Of a stretch of 64,000 bases of DNA, positions 45,816 through 55,526 are shown in pieces. The position numbers and the translations under genes were made by a program. The first letter of the stretch is position 1. Each line of letters starts with the position of its first letter. A model generated the notes under the pieces. That model was not told where the DNA came from and made no database searches. It saw nothing but the letters and a program-made list of their open reading frames with translations. This DNA comes from an uncultured Gemmatimonadota bacterium (lineage in GTDB: Bacteria > Blakebacterota > Blakebacteria > Blakebacterales > Blakebacteraceae): assembly GCA_964576115.1 (NCBI GenBank), contig CAZNUA010000003.1, positions 15,116-79,115 on the forward strand, in the 5' to 3' direction.

Positions 45816-47123
45816 GTGACGCACGAGCAGCGGGCCATGGGCCTGGCTCTTCTGGCCGGGTTGCCGGCTGTGGCGACGGCTCTGGTCCTGCTCTGGAGCG
45901 GCGGCTACGCCGCCAAACTGCAATGGACCCTGACGGTCGTCATTCTCACCTTCTGGCTCGGTATCGCCGCTCTGCTGCGTGAGTATGTCGTCCGCCCCCT
46001 GCAGATGCTTTCGAATCTGCTCGGGGCCTTGCGCGAAGGCGATTACTCGATCCGGGCGCGGGGCGCCGGGACCGACGAAGCCCTCGAACTGGCTCTACAC
46101 GAAGCCAACACCCTGGCCGGAACCCTGCGCGAGCAGCGGCTCGGCGCGGTCGAGGCCACCGCTCTGCTCGACGAAGTCATGGCCGAGATCGATGTGGCGG
46201 TGTTCGCCTTCGATGACGAAAACCGGCTGCAGTTCGTCAACCGGGCCGGCGAGCGGTTGCTGGCGGCGCCGGCCGGAGGCCTGATCGGCGCCACGGCGGC
46301 CGAGACCGGTCTCGACTTCCTGCTCGAAGGTCCTTCCCATCGGCTGGTCGACGCCGCTTTCGGGATCGGGCCGGGACGCTGGGAGGTACACCGGAGCAGT
46401 TTCCGACAGGAGGGTTTCCGGCATTCCCTGCTAGTGATCTCCGATCTGAGCCGGACTCTGCGGGAGGAGGAACGCCAGGCCTGGAAGCGCCTGGTCGGGG
46501 TTCTGCGCCACGAGATCAACAATTCTCTGGCTCCGATCAAGTCGCTGGCCGCCAGCCTGACCGATCTGCTCGCCCGCCGGCCGCCGCCGGTCGACCGTGA
46601 AGCGGATCTCTCGACCGGACTCGACATCATCGGCGAGCGAGCCGAGGCTCTGAGCCGCTTCATGGCCTCCTACACCCGACTCACCCAGCTTCCTGAACCG
46701 GAGCTACAACCGGTCGAGGTGACCGAGCTGGTGCGCCGGGCGGTCGAGCTGGAGACGCGCCGGGAGGTCGGGATCGAGTCGGGACCGGCGATCACCATTT
46801 CAGCCGACTCCGATCAGCTCTCCCAGCTTCTCATCAATCTGCTGCGCAATGCCGTGGACGCGGTTGGCGAAACCGGCGGCCGGGTGTGGGTCACCTGGCA
46901 GACGACTGACGCCTACCTCAACCTGCGGGTTGTGGATGAGGGGCTGGGGGTGAGCGGAACGGCCAATCTCTTCGTGCCGTTTTACACCACCAAACCCGAC
47001 GGTTCGGGCATCGGCCTGGCCCTGAGCCGGCAGATCGCCGAAGCCCACGGCGGCACCCTGGTGTTGCAGAACCGAACCGGTGCGCCGGGCTGTGAGGCGA
47101 TCCTGAGGCTGCCGCTCACCTGA
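45816..47123 (+). CDS. Sensor histidine kinase (NtrB-like; two TM helices, PAS-like, HisKA, HATPase_c)
   Basis: H-box LRHEINNSLAPI, N-box LLINLLRNAVDA, and G-boxes DEGLGVS and GSGIGLALSRQIAEAHGG. Confidence 0.8.
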   Translation: MTHEQRAMGLALLAGLPAVATALVLLWSGGYAAKLQWTLTVVILTFWLGIAALLREYVVRPLQMLSNLLGALREGDYSIRARGAGTDEALELALHEANTLAGTLREQRLGAVEATALLDEVMAEIDVAVFAFDDENRLQFVNRAGERLLAAPAGGLIGATAAETGLDFLLEGPSHRLVDAAFGIGPGRWEVHRSSFRQEGFRHSLLVISDLSRTLREEERQAWKRLVGVLRHEINNSLAPIKSLAASLTDLLARRPPPVDREADLSTGLDIIGERAEALSRFMASYTRLTQLPEPELQPVEVTELVRRAVELETRREVGIESGPAITISADSDQLSQLLINLLRNAVDAVGETGGRVWVTWQTTDAYLNLRVVDEGLGVSGTANLFVPFYTTKPDGSGIGLALSRQIAEAHGGTLVLQNRTGAPGCEAILRLPLT

Positions 47124-47179
47124 AGAGCGCTCCCGATAGCGATGTTGCCCGTCGAGGTCCCGGTGACTACCATCTCGAT

Positions 47180-47581
47180 ATGTCCGGAACAGGTGACAGA
47201 CGCAAGGGGGGACGTCGCCGGAAAGAGCCGGAGCCCCACGGGCGGGTTGAAGAGACCCTCGCAACGGCTCACACCTGGCTGCGCGAGAACCGCTTTCCGG
47301 GGCCGGCGCGCTGTGTCGGACGGGTGCGCCTGGCGGTCACGATCGTGGGTGACTACCTCAGCGGACGGTATCGACGGATACCGGCACTGACGATCTGGAT
47401 GCTCGTTTTCGCGATCGTGTATATCGTCGGCCCCTTCGACCTGATCCCCGAAGCCATACCCGGTCTGGGCTGGCTTGACGACGCTTTCGTGGTGGGTCTG
47501 GTGTTCCGGGCGTTCGCACGCGACCTGCGCCGTTACTGCGAAGACCGGAACATCGATCCTCACCCGTACGGTCTGGCATGA
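47180..47581 (+). CDS. DUF1232 (YkvA-like) membrane protein
   Basis: Signature IVGPFDLIPEAIPGLGWLDDAFVV. Confidence 0.7.
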   Translation: MSGTGDRRKGGRRRKEPEPHGRVEETLATAHTWLRENRFPGPARCVGRVRLAVTIVGDYLSGRYRRIPALTIWMLVFAIVYIVGPFDLIPEAIPGLGWLDDAFVVGLVFRAFARDLRRYCEDRNIDPHPYGLA

Positions 47582-47856
47582 TCGCCGACGCCGACACAGA
47601 ACTGAACCTCCGGGGGTGCACCGTGGCCGAAGCCCGATCCTTGCTGCGGAATTTCCTGGCCGAGGCCGTTCGGTCGGGTCGTCGGCGAGTCAAGGTCGTT
47701 CACGGCAAGGGGATCAGAAGCCCGGGAGGTGTGTCGGTCGTCCGTACGGCGGTTCAGCGTGATCTCGAGACGGCCCTGCAGCAGGGAACCATCCGGGATT
47801 TCCGGCTGGGGAATCCTGGTGAGGGTTCGGCCGGGGTGACAATCATATGGTTGTGA
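47578..47856 (+). CDS. Smr-domain protein
   Basis: LNLRGCTVAEA...VKVVHGKGIRSPG, the Smr motif. ATGA overlap with the upstream gene. Confidence 0.65.
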   Translation: MIADADTELNLRGCTVAEARSLLRNFLAEAVRSGRRRVKVVHGKGIRSPGGVSVVRTAVQRDLETALQQGTIRDFRLGNPGEGSAGVTIIWL

Positions 47857-47904
47857 AAACAATCCATCCCCGGGACGTATCACTCCATGCAGTGAAGGGT
47901 CGGC

Positions 47905-48471
47905 ATGGCGGTACAGGTTGAACGCGAACTCCTGCTCAAGTGTCGGGCGGGTGACGCCGAGGCTTACGAACCGATCGTGCGGGCGTACGAGGGGCGTCTC
48001 TACGGCCTGGCGATCGGTCTGGTACGCAATACCGAAGATGCCCGCGATCTGGTACAGGACTCCTTCGTGCGGGCCTTCCGCTCGCTCGATCTCTACGATC
48101 TCGAGCGGCCCTTCGTGACATGGATCATGAGCGTGTGCCGCAACCTCTGTATCGATTTTCTACGGCGGCGGCGGTATCCGCTGAGCCTTGACGGGGATGA
48201 TGACGAGAATCCTCCTCAGATCGCGGATCCGGGGGCGGCAACCGACCGGGCGACCCTGTCGGCCGAAACCCGGGATCTGATCTGGAGGGCCCTGGCCCGG
48301 CTCGATGAGGATCACCGGGAGGTGCTCATCCTGAAAGACATACAGGAGCTGGAATATGGCGAGATCGCACAGATCCTGAATATCCCGCAGGGAACGGTTG
48401 CCAGCCGTGTGTATTACGCCCGACGCTCTCTGCGTGATGAACTGGAACAGATGGGGGTCGAGTACCCATGA
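47905..48471 (+). CDS. ECF RNA polymerase sigma factor (second copy in the window)
   Basis: Region 2 (DARDLVQDSFVRAF) and region 4 (LEYGEIAQILNIPQGTVASRVYYARRSL). Confidence 0.8.
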   Translation: MAVQVERELLLKCRAGDAEAYEPIVRAYEGRLYGLAIGLVRNTEDARDLVQDSFVRAFRSLDLYDLERPFVTWIMSVCRNLCIDFLRRRRYPLSLDGDDDENPPQIADPGAATDRATLSAETRDLIWRALARLDEDHREVLILKDIQELEYGEIAQILNIPQGTVASRVYYARRSLRDELEQMGVEYP

Positions 48472-48944
48472 ACAGGACATCGGGAGAAACACCGGCTGCC
48501 CCCCCGGGGGGGGAGGGCGGATGTGAGGACTACCGGGAAGATCTGGTGCGATATGTCGACGGCGAGCTTCACGGTGCGGACCTGCTCCGCTTCGAGGAGC
48601 ACCTGGCCCGGTGTACCGAGTGCACCCGTGAGGTTGCCGTCTTCAGATCTCTGAAAGGAGAGCTGCGAGAGATGGGTCTGCAGGAACCGGACATCCCGGG
48701 CGGAAGTGTCTGGGAAAACGTCAACAAACGTGTCGCCCGCCCGACCGGGTGGCTCTTTCTGGTCATCGGTGCCGTGCTCTACCTGGCCTATGCCGCGTAC
48801 ATCTTCATTACCTCACCGATGGATTTGCTGGAGAAGCTGGCCGTCGGTTTCATCGTGATCGGTTTCGTGGTCCTCCTGGCGACGGTAGCCTACGAGCGGA
48901 TCGTCGACTACCGTACCGATCCCTATAAGGGAGTAGAGAAATGA
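48468..48944 (+). CDS. zf-HC2 membrane anti-sigma factor
   Basis: HLARCTEC motif and two C-terminal TM helices. ATGA overlap with the sigma gene. Confidence 0.7.
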   Translation: MNRTSGETPAAPPGGEGGCEDYREDLVRYVDGELHGADLLRFEEHLARCTECTREVAVFRSLKGELREMGLQEPDIPGGSVWENVNKRVARPTGWLFLVIGAVLYLAYAAYIFITSPMDLLEKLAVGFIVIGFVVLLATVAYERIVDYRTDPYKGVEK

Positions 48945-49261
48945 TCGTTTCCACCTCCGAAACCATCGCCGGCAAGACAATCACCCGCACTCTGGGGCTG
49001 GTGCGCGGCAACACCATCCGGGCTCGTCATCTGGGCCGCGACATCCTGGCCGGCCTACGCGGCATGGTCGGGGGCGAGATCAGCGAATATACAAAGATGA
49101 TGGCCGAATCGCGGGAGCAGGCCATCGACCGCATGCTCGAAGAGGCCCGCACCCTCGGCGCCAACGCCGTGGTGAGCGTGAAGTTCATGACCAGTATGGT
49201 CATGTCGGGGGCGGCCGAGATCCTCTGCTACGGTACGGCCGTCATCCTGGAAGACGAATAA
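48941..49261 (+). CDS. YbjQ/UPF0145-family protein
   Basis: Whole-length pattern match (ITRTLGLVRGNTIRARHLGRDILAGLRGMVGGEI...). ATGA overlap with the anti-sigma gene. Confidence 0.7.
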   Translation: MIVSTSETIAGKTITRTLGLVRGNTIRARHLGRDILAGLRGMVGGEISEYTKMMAESREQAIDRMLEEARTLGANAVVSVKFMTSMVMSGAAEILCYGTAVILEDE

Positions 49262-49334
49262 AACCGAGCCAGGAGTCTGTTGGAGTAACCGGCGCCAGCG
49301 CAGACCGCAGCCGGTGAATTGCTCCGACAGGCTC

Positions 49335-50615
49335 CTAAGGAATCAGATACTCTTCGCTCTCCCGGGCCAGGAACGGTCCCACTTCCCTCTCGACGACGAA
49401 TCGTCCCAGCTCGAGCTGTTGGGCCAGGAAAGCCCGAACGGTGAGTGTCCCCGCCTCGGCGTCCAGATGGACACTCAGACCGGGGTCGGCCGCCCAGTGT
49501 TCGAAGGCATCGGAGGTGTTCGGCGGGGGAATCCGTCGAGCCAGTTTCCGGATCAGGTTTTCCACCTGTTCCCGTTCGTTCGGGCGCAAGCGTCGACGGG
49601 TATCGGGGACGAGCTTCAGGTGCCACCCCGGCCCGATCGGCTGGGGCGGTAATTCCTCGGCCTCGATCAGTTCGGCCAGCGCCTCGAGGGCTTGATTGTG
49701 GGCCAGCGGATCGATGAGATCGAAGAAAGGACTGGTGTCGAGATGGGATTCGACCGCCACGCTGTCCGATACCATGTAGCGGATTTCGCCGCCATCGGCC
49801 ACCATCGGCTGGTTCCCGACGCCAGGTTCCTCCTCCATCGGCAGAAGGGCCTCCAGTGCGACGCGCAGGAGCAGATCGCCGCGGGCCCGATACTGCCTGA
49901 TCATCATTTCGGCTGCGACCGGCCCCTCGAGATCGGTTGGAAAGGTGGTCGAGAGGATGCGATAGGAGGCATCCAGATTGCTGCCATCGGGCAGCATGGG
50001 GATGACCAGCGGCCGGTGAGTCGGATAGGCGACGTTGCCCAGGCGTACGAAGCGGCCGACGACCATATCGGTCACAGCGGTGTCGGGGGGGAGAAAGATC
50101 CGGGGAACGTGCAGCGAGATTTTTTCGAGCGGGGCCAGTTTGAGCCGGACACACCCCGGTCCGTCTTTGGGTAAGGGAGATGCAATCTCGTAAATCCCCT
50201 CATGGCTGCGAAGCATCGCGCGCAGGGTCTGACGGCTGCCGGGGAACACTTCGTCATCCGCGAGGCGCTCGCGGAGCAGCTCGGGGATGGGTTTGCGTCC
50301 TTCGAGGGTGAAACCGTCCAGGATCACACCTTCGAGCCAGAGGAAGGACGCCCACTCGTCCCACTCGTCATAGGCCTGCGCCATGTGGCCCTGTTCTTCA
50401 TCCCGGTACTGTTCCTCCCAGAGCAAATCGCTGTAGGCCTGAAAAACCTGGGCATAGCCGTCGAGGTCCCGGAATTCCTCGAGCGAGGCCGCGACGGAGT
50501 TGAGCCGTTCCAGACGCGGTTCGCAGCAGGCTTCGAAGGTGCGGCCGCTGCCGCAGATACAGGCGGCCTCCGAAGCGATGTCGGGCAGGGGTATGTACGG
50601 TTCAGGAATTCTCAT
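49335..50615 (-). CDS. Hypothetical protein with an N-terminal SEC-C metal-binding motif
   Basis: CICGSGRTFEACC matches the SEC-C motif CxCGSGxxxxxCC. The remaining ~400 aa has no family I recognise. Confidence 0.55.
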   Translation of the reverse strand: MRIPEPYIPLPDIASEAACICGSGRTFEACCEPRLERLNSVAASLEEFRDLDGYAQVFQAYSDLLWEEQYRDEEQGHMAQAYDEWDEWASFLWLEGVILDGFTLEGRKPIPELLRERLADDEVFPGSRQTLRAMLRSHEGIYEIASPLPKDGPGCVRLKLAPLEKISLHVPRIFLPPDTAVTDMVVGRFVRLGNVAYPTHRPLVIPMLPDGSNLDASYRILSTTFPTDLEGPVAAEMMIRQYRARGDLLLRVALEALLPMEEEPGVGNQPMVADGGEIRYMVSDSVAVESHLDTSPFFDLIDPLAHNQALEALAELIEAEELPPQPIGPGWHLKLVPDTRRRLRPNEREQVENLIRKLARRIPPPNTSDAFEHWAADPGLSVHLDAEAGTLTVRAFLAQQLELGRFVVEREVGPFLARESEEYLIP

Positions 50616-50682
50616 CGCGCCCGGTAATATGCAGAAGCAGGTGGTGGAGGTAAACCGTCAGAGAGCAGGTGGAGCGAAAAAA

Positions 50683-51189
50683 TCATGGCGGTGGGATTTT
50701 CGAGGTCAGTCCTTTCGGAATGAGAACCTCCCCCTCGCGGAAGCCGTCGAGAAAGAGATGACGGGGCTCGGCAAGCCCCTCCCACCGCAGGGCGTAGACA
50801 TTGAGCACTCCTCGATCGAGGGGGGCGCCGTAGTGGGTGAAGGGGCAGCAGGTGCCGACATATTCGTAAAAAATGATCTGACCTTCCGGCCCCCAGAGGG
50901 AATTCAGATAGCGGATCTGCCGCTCGATGATCGTTTCCCCGCCGGGAGGGGCAGCGAATCCGCCCGTTGCGACGGGATTGCGGTGGCTCCAGCCGTACCC
51001 GGCTTTGCGGGCTGTTTTCGGCAGATGGCGTACCCTCCCTCGGCCGCTCTCGCCGTACGGCCAGCCCATCCGGCTTTCGGTTTCGTCCACGATCAGGGGT
51101 TGGAGGGCGCCTCCGCGCGACCCGGCACAGCCGGCGGCGATGACAAGGAGCAGGATGAAGCCGGCAAAGGTAACGGGCAAGGTTCTCAT
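50683..51189 (-). CDS. Hypothetical lipoprotein
   Basis: Lipobox LLLVIAAGC; 168 aa. Confidence 0.5.
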   Translation of the reverse strand: MRTLPVTFAGFILLLVIAAGCAGSRGGALQPLIVDETESRMGWPYGESGRGRVRHLPKTARKAGYGWSHRNPVATGGFAAPPGGETIIERQIRYLNSLWGPEGQIIFYEYVGTCCPFTHYGAPLDRGVLNVYALRWEGLAEPRHLFLDGFREGEVLIPKGLTSKIPPP

Positions 51190-51211
51190 CCCTGATTCCT
51201 CCCGGTCGCGA

Positions 51212-52033
51212 TTACCACCACGGTTCCAGGCCTTCGACGAAATTCCGGATGACGGCGTTGACCCGATCGGGCGCTTCGAGGGCGGTGAGATGACCTGCGT
51301 CGGGTATCGTTTCGATGACCGCCGCAGGCAGCTGCGGCGCCCAGGTCCGGGCCTGGGAGGGAGGAGTCAGCAGGTCTTCGGCGCCCGCCAGGACCAGGAC
51401 CGGGACGGTGATCTCGGACAGCAGGGAAGTGGAGTCGCTACGGCCGGCCATGGCCTCCAGAGCGCCGATAACGCCGCCAGCGGGGGCCCGGAGCATCATG
51501 GCGCGGACCTCGGCGACGACTTCGGGCCGCAACAGCCTGGTCTGGTGCCCGAGGACTTTGTCGAGCAGGCTGTCCACGATTGCAGCGACTCCCTCTCGAG
51601 CCACCAGCTGCTGGGACGCGCGCCGGTTGGCCACCGTTTCGGGAGTGTCGGCGAAAGGATGGGTATCCATCAGGATCAGAGCGCCCAGGCGGTCGCTGTG
51701 CCGGCGGGCGAACTCCAGCGCGGTATAACCGCCCATGCTCAAGCCGACCACGACGGCTCGCGTGACGTTGCGGTCGTCGAGCCAGGCCCGGGTGTCATCG
51801 GCCCAGACGGCCAGAGAGTAGCGGGCGGGATCGACCGGCCCCTCGCTTCGGCCCAGACCGCGCAGATCGGGAGCGATCATCCGGGCCGGTTGGGGAAGCG
51901 ACTCGAGCTGAGGGAGCCACTGCGATGAATCGAACGGGAAACCGTGCAGAAAGATGATCGGGATGCCGGAGGTGCCGACAATCCGTGCCTGAAGACGGAA
52001 TCCGTCGGTAGAGATGATGTGGCGTGTCTGCAT
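51212..52033 (-). CDS. Alpha/beta-fold hydrolase
   Basis: HGFPFD oxyanion region, nucleophile elbow GLSMGG and C-terminal DAGHL. Confidence 0.75.
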   Translation of the reverse strand: MQTRHIISTDGFRLQARIVGTSGIPIIFLHGFPFDSSQWLPQLESLPQPARMIAPDLRGLGRSEGPVDPARYSLAVWADDTRAWLDDRNVTRAVVVGLSMGGYTALEFARRHSDRLGALILMDTHPFADTPETVANRRASQQLVAREGVAAIVDSLLDKVLGHQTRLLRPEVVAEVRAMMLRAPAGGVIGALEAMAGRSDSTSLLSEITVPVLVLAGAEDLLTPPSQARTWAPQLPAAVIETIPDAGHLTALEAPDRVNAVIRNFVEGLEPWW

Positions 52034-52121
52034 GTTTGTACCTTTTTCTTGCATCCGCGTCGGTAGATCATGCTATCCTGAAGTGTCTCTGGAAACCTCT
52101 CCTTTTTCAGGAGTACAGGCG

Positions 52122-52526
52122 ATGAGCCAACCGGCTTCCTCTTCGTACGGCAGTTCCGGCCATGCCCCCGACAAGCATCTGGACGGGCTTCCGATCTCTG
52201 GAGCCCTCCGGATTGCGATGGGGATCGGCTTCCTGGCGGTCGGTCTCTATCAGGGGGTGGGAATCATGACCGCCGGCGATCTGGCCGGAGCTGAAGCCGT
52301 TATCGATGGTATCGGCTTTTTCCTGCTCGCTGGTACCGGCGCGACGATGCTGATGGACCGGTTCTACTCCCTCTGGCTCCTGCTTCTCTGGGGCGTTCTG
52401 GGTGTGGTGGGATCGTTCTTCGGGGAAGCGAATGTGGCTTTGCCCGCCCTCTTCGCGAAAATCATGGTCGGCCTGGTGGCCCTGGTCGCTATCCTGCAGC
52501 GAGGGGCAGTGAAAAGAGGACCATAG
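52122..52526 (+). CDS. Small hypothetical membrane protein
   Basis: RBS CAGGAG, then ATG at 52122. Three to four TM helices. Confidence 0.5.
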   Translation: MSQPASSSYGSSGHAPDKHLDGLPISGALRIAMGIGFLAVGLYQGVGIMTAGDLAGAEAVIDGIGFFLLAGTGATMLMDRFYSLWLLLLWGVLGVVGSFFGEANVALPALFAKIMVGLVALVAILQRGAVKRGP

Positions 52527-52627
52527 TCCTATCCGCTTATCGGGTACGGTCGATCGGTGCCGCTTTCTGTTCGACAAAGCGAGCAGGAAGTGCTAAGAAG
52601 AAAGTGGTGCCGGACCTGTAGAGAGAG

Positions 52628-52656
52628 AAGGCCGGTCTGAACCGGCCTTTTCGTCT
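52628..52656 (+). terminator. Rho-independent terminator AAGGCCGGT-CTGA-ACCGGCCTT followed by TTCGTCT
   Basis: 9-bp perfect stem with a 4-nt loop and a T-rich tail, ~100 bp after the 52122-52526 gene. Confidence 0.6.
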
Positions 52657-52937
52657 GATGCTCAAGACGGGTCGGGCTCGCCGCAGGGCTTACGTTCCCG
52701 CGGCGACCGTCGGAGCGCACATACCCGTCCGGCACCCTTTTTCCCCGACGGGCCCCGGTTTCTTCAACCGGGGCCCGTTACATAAGGTATGCAGGCGGGG
52801 TTTCGGAAATCTTCAGACACACCGGGTGTTCTTGAACCCGATTCCTGTCCCTCCGGAGTTCCCGGAGAAGTGCCATTTCGTGACCATCAGGCAGACTGAC
52901 ACCCGGATCGCGGGAAAGAGCCGTTTCTGGACGGGCA

Positions 52938-54101
52938 CTATTTCAGGGTCGCGTCCTGCAGCAGTGAGTTGGCGCTGCCGGTTGCACCGGTGGCGAAGAT
53001 GACATGGGGTACATCCAGACCGTCGACCACGATGGCGAAAACCATCAATCGGTTGCGGTAGCTCTGCCAGGCGGCGTCTTCGAGGACCGGCAGGGCTGTC
53101 GCCCAGTTCGTTCCCGGGTCGTCTGCGGCGCGGGTCAGCAGGTAGAGGTTATAGCGACTGGCGCCCTGGTACTTGCCGACGACCACATAGGGTTTATCCG
53201 CGGCCGTCGTTGTGGCGGCGGAGTGCGAGAGGAAAGGCTCATCGACCGGTACCACCTCGGCGATATTCAGGGTGAGTTCTTCCTGCCAGTACACGACCTG
53301 GCTCACGGGATCGAGTCCTCCGACCAGGCGCACCCGGCCGTCGGACGTGGCGAACATATGTGCGTCCTCTACGGTGTAGATGTCGGGGGGGAAACTCCGA
53401 GTGACGTTGCTGTCAGGACCGGATTTGTTGAAATACATCTTCCCGCTCAGGGAATTCCGGAAAAGCGTGTACCCCATGCCGCTCGCATCGATGTCGAAGT
53501 CATAGGCTTCGGCGTTCGACGTCGAACCGGTGATCTGGGCGAGCCCCCAGCCGGTGTCGGCCAGGGTGGCGCGATACAGAGGCCCGCCCCGTGCGTTGAG
53601 GGCCGCCACCGGACGTCCCGTCGCATCGGCTCCCAGTGCCGAGCCTGTGCTGTCCCACACCGTCTCGCCGAACGGGGGAATGCTCAGGGTGGAATCGGCC
53701 AGCCCTCCGAGCCGGTACAGCCTGACCCCGTCGGTTTCATGGCCGGCCAGTACCCACCAGCCGCCGCCGGCCTGGGGAGCGATATCCACGACCGTCGTCT
53801 GCAGGCCGCTCTCGTCCAGGGTGGCCACCTCGACCCAGGAGCCCGACGTGTTCTCGACTACCGTGATTTCATCCAGGCCGATCCCGATGGCCAATCCCAT
53901 GCGGCCGTCGTCGGTACTGACACCCTTGACACACCAGATTGCTGCAGGGTCGATAACCGGCGTAAAGGTGAAGTCGGCGGTGTTCAGCCGGGCGGATCGG
54001 TCCTCATTGTAGGGATCGCGCGTACAGGCGGATGCCGTCAGAATGAGTCCGATGAAGAGTATCCCGAACACGGTCCCTGTCTGGAATTTTCGCGTCGTCA
54101 T
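52938..54101 (-). CDS. Hypothetical lipoprotein, probably beta-propeller-like
   Basis: Lipobox GLILTASAC. Repeated Gly/Trp/Asp-rich beta-strand segments. Confidence 0.5.
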   Translation of the reverse strand: MTTRKFQTGTVFGILFIGLILTASACTRDPYNEDRSARLNTADFTFTPVIDPAAIWCVKGVSTDDGRMGLAIGIGLDEITVVENTSGSWVEVATLDESGLQTTVVDIAPQAGGGWWVLAGHETDGVRLYRLGGLADSTLSIPPFGETVWDSTGSALGADATGRPVAALNARGGPLYRATLADTGWGLAQITGSTSNAEAYDFDIDASGMGYTLFRNSLSGKMYFNKSGPDSNVTRSFPPDIYTVEDAHMFATSDGRVRLVGGLDPVSQVVYWQEELTLNIAEVVPVDEPFLSHSAATTTAADKPYVVVGKYQGASRYNLYLLTRAADDPGTNWATALPVLEDAAWQSYRNRLMVFAIVVDGLDVPHVIFATGATGSANSLLQDATLK

Positions 54102-54120
54102 GCCGACCTCCGGACCTGCC

Positions 54121-55350
54121 TCACAGCAGGGGCGATTCGTCGCTGGAGAGGTGCAGTAGCCGGGGCAACTGCGGATCCTGTTCCGTATCAGATGCATCGA
54201 CTCCTCCGGTGATCAATAGTATGTGTATCCGTCCCTCCGGGTCACGCACCATTCTGACGTTGAAGGGGTTGAAGGCGTTCTGGAGATCGAGGTCGGTCGC
54301 TACCTGGGCCCGGCCCCACTCACCGTCACCCACCAGCCAGGAATACCAGAGTTCGAAGTAACGATCCCGATAGGGACCAAGCAGGTGCATGACGCCCGGC
54401 CAACCGCGATCGTCGAGGACCAGATCGATCGTCCTCCAATACAGATCCTCGTGTTCCACTACTTCGAAGAGGAACCAGCGGGGTATGCCTTCCTCGATGC
54501 TCAGGCGTTCCTCGGCCAGGTAGATTTTATTCAGACGTCGAGTGGCCAACACACTTGTGCCGTCAGCCCGCATCCGGATCAGGTACGGTGTCGAATGGGG
54601 AATGTCGAGCCGCTGGGTCCAGCCGGTGCTCTCGCTCCAGCGGTAGTACACTCCCCCTCCCGTCGCCTGGAAGACGAGATCCACGTCGTCATAGGCCGAC
54701 ATAACCATATCGATCTGGCTCTGTATCCCCTCGCTGGCTTCTACGGGATGCAGGATCCAGCCGTCGAGGCGCTCGAGAAAGAGCCACAGACGATCGTTCT
54801 CTGCCTCCCGGACCACGGCTCTGAGCAGGCCGTCGCTCGTGAAGGCCAGGGCCGCCGAACTCGGATCCCAGGCGCTCGGTCGTTCTCCTCCGTACGTCTC
54901 GACCTCGAGCGTCAGCAGGGCGAGGTGGCGTTCGCCGCCCGTGCCCCAGGTCGCGATTTCCATGTCACTGCCGTTCCAGAACAGGGCGGCGATGGTCCCG
55001 TCACTGTCAACCGCCAGGTGGGTCGCGGCTTCGGCGCTTGAAACCGTTACAGACGGACCTTCGTACTCCTTCCAGCCCGCCCCCGATTGCTGGCTGATCC
55101 GCAACCGGGTTCCATCCTGAATCCAGGACGCGATGACATCCCCGGTGGAACCGATGACGGCATCGAGCCCGCTGATCTCACCGGAGGCGATGATTTCGTT
55201 GAACCAGCTGATGTCGCTCACCCGGTCTGAGGTCGGCGCCGGTCCCAGTAGCAGACCGCAACCGCTCAGCGACAGGACCACGAACAGCGGGACTGCAATC
55301 CACCCTCGGAGACCGGTCGATCGCAACCCTTTCCTCCACAATTTCGGCAC
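54121..55350 (-). CDS. Hypothetical lipoprotein
   Basis: Lipobox VVLSLSGC; 409 aa, beta-rich. Tandem with the preceding lipoprotein gene. Confidence 0.5.
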   Translation of the reverse strand: MPKLWRKGLRSTGLRGWIAVPLFVVLSLSGCGLLLGPAPTSDRVSDISWFNEIIASGEISGLDAVIGSTGDVIASWIQDGTRLRISQQSGAGWKEYEGPSVTVSSAEAATHLAVDSDGTIAALFWNGSDMEIATWGTGGERHLALLTLEVETYGGERPSAWDPSSAALAFTSDGLLRAVVREAENDRLWLFLERLDGWILHPVEASEGIQSQIDMVMSAYDDVDLVFQATGGGVYYRWSESTGWTQRLDIPHSTPYLIRMRADGTSVLATRRLNKIYLAEERLSIEEGIPRWFLFEVVEHEDLYWRTIDLVLDDRGWPGVMHLLGPYRDRYFELWYSWLVGDGEWGRAQVATDLDLQNAFNPFNVRMVRDPEGRIHILLITGGVDASDTEQDPQLPRLLHLSSDESPLL

Positions 55351-55526
55351 TCATTCCCCTCCCGCTGTGAACTGATACCGGAAGACGCGTCCGGTCCGGA
55401 AACCGTCTACACCGCCGGTGTCCTTCCCGTCACGGATGTTTCCTTCATCCCCGGGGGCGACTTGCGGGGGGTGGGTGGAGGTCGTACGATAATCTCCCCA
55501 TGCCCGCTGTCTGACATCGGAGGCTT

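Noticed and set aside
43148-45838. 896-aa ORF on the minus strand
   Set aside because: Antisense to the FtsX permease and the sigma-54 regulator. It is Gly/Pro/Arg-rich without motifs.
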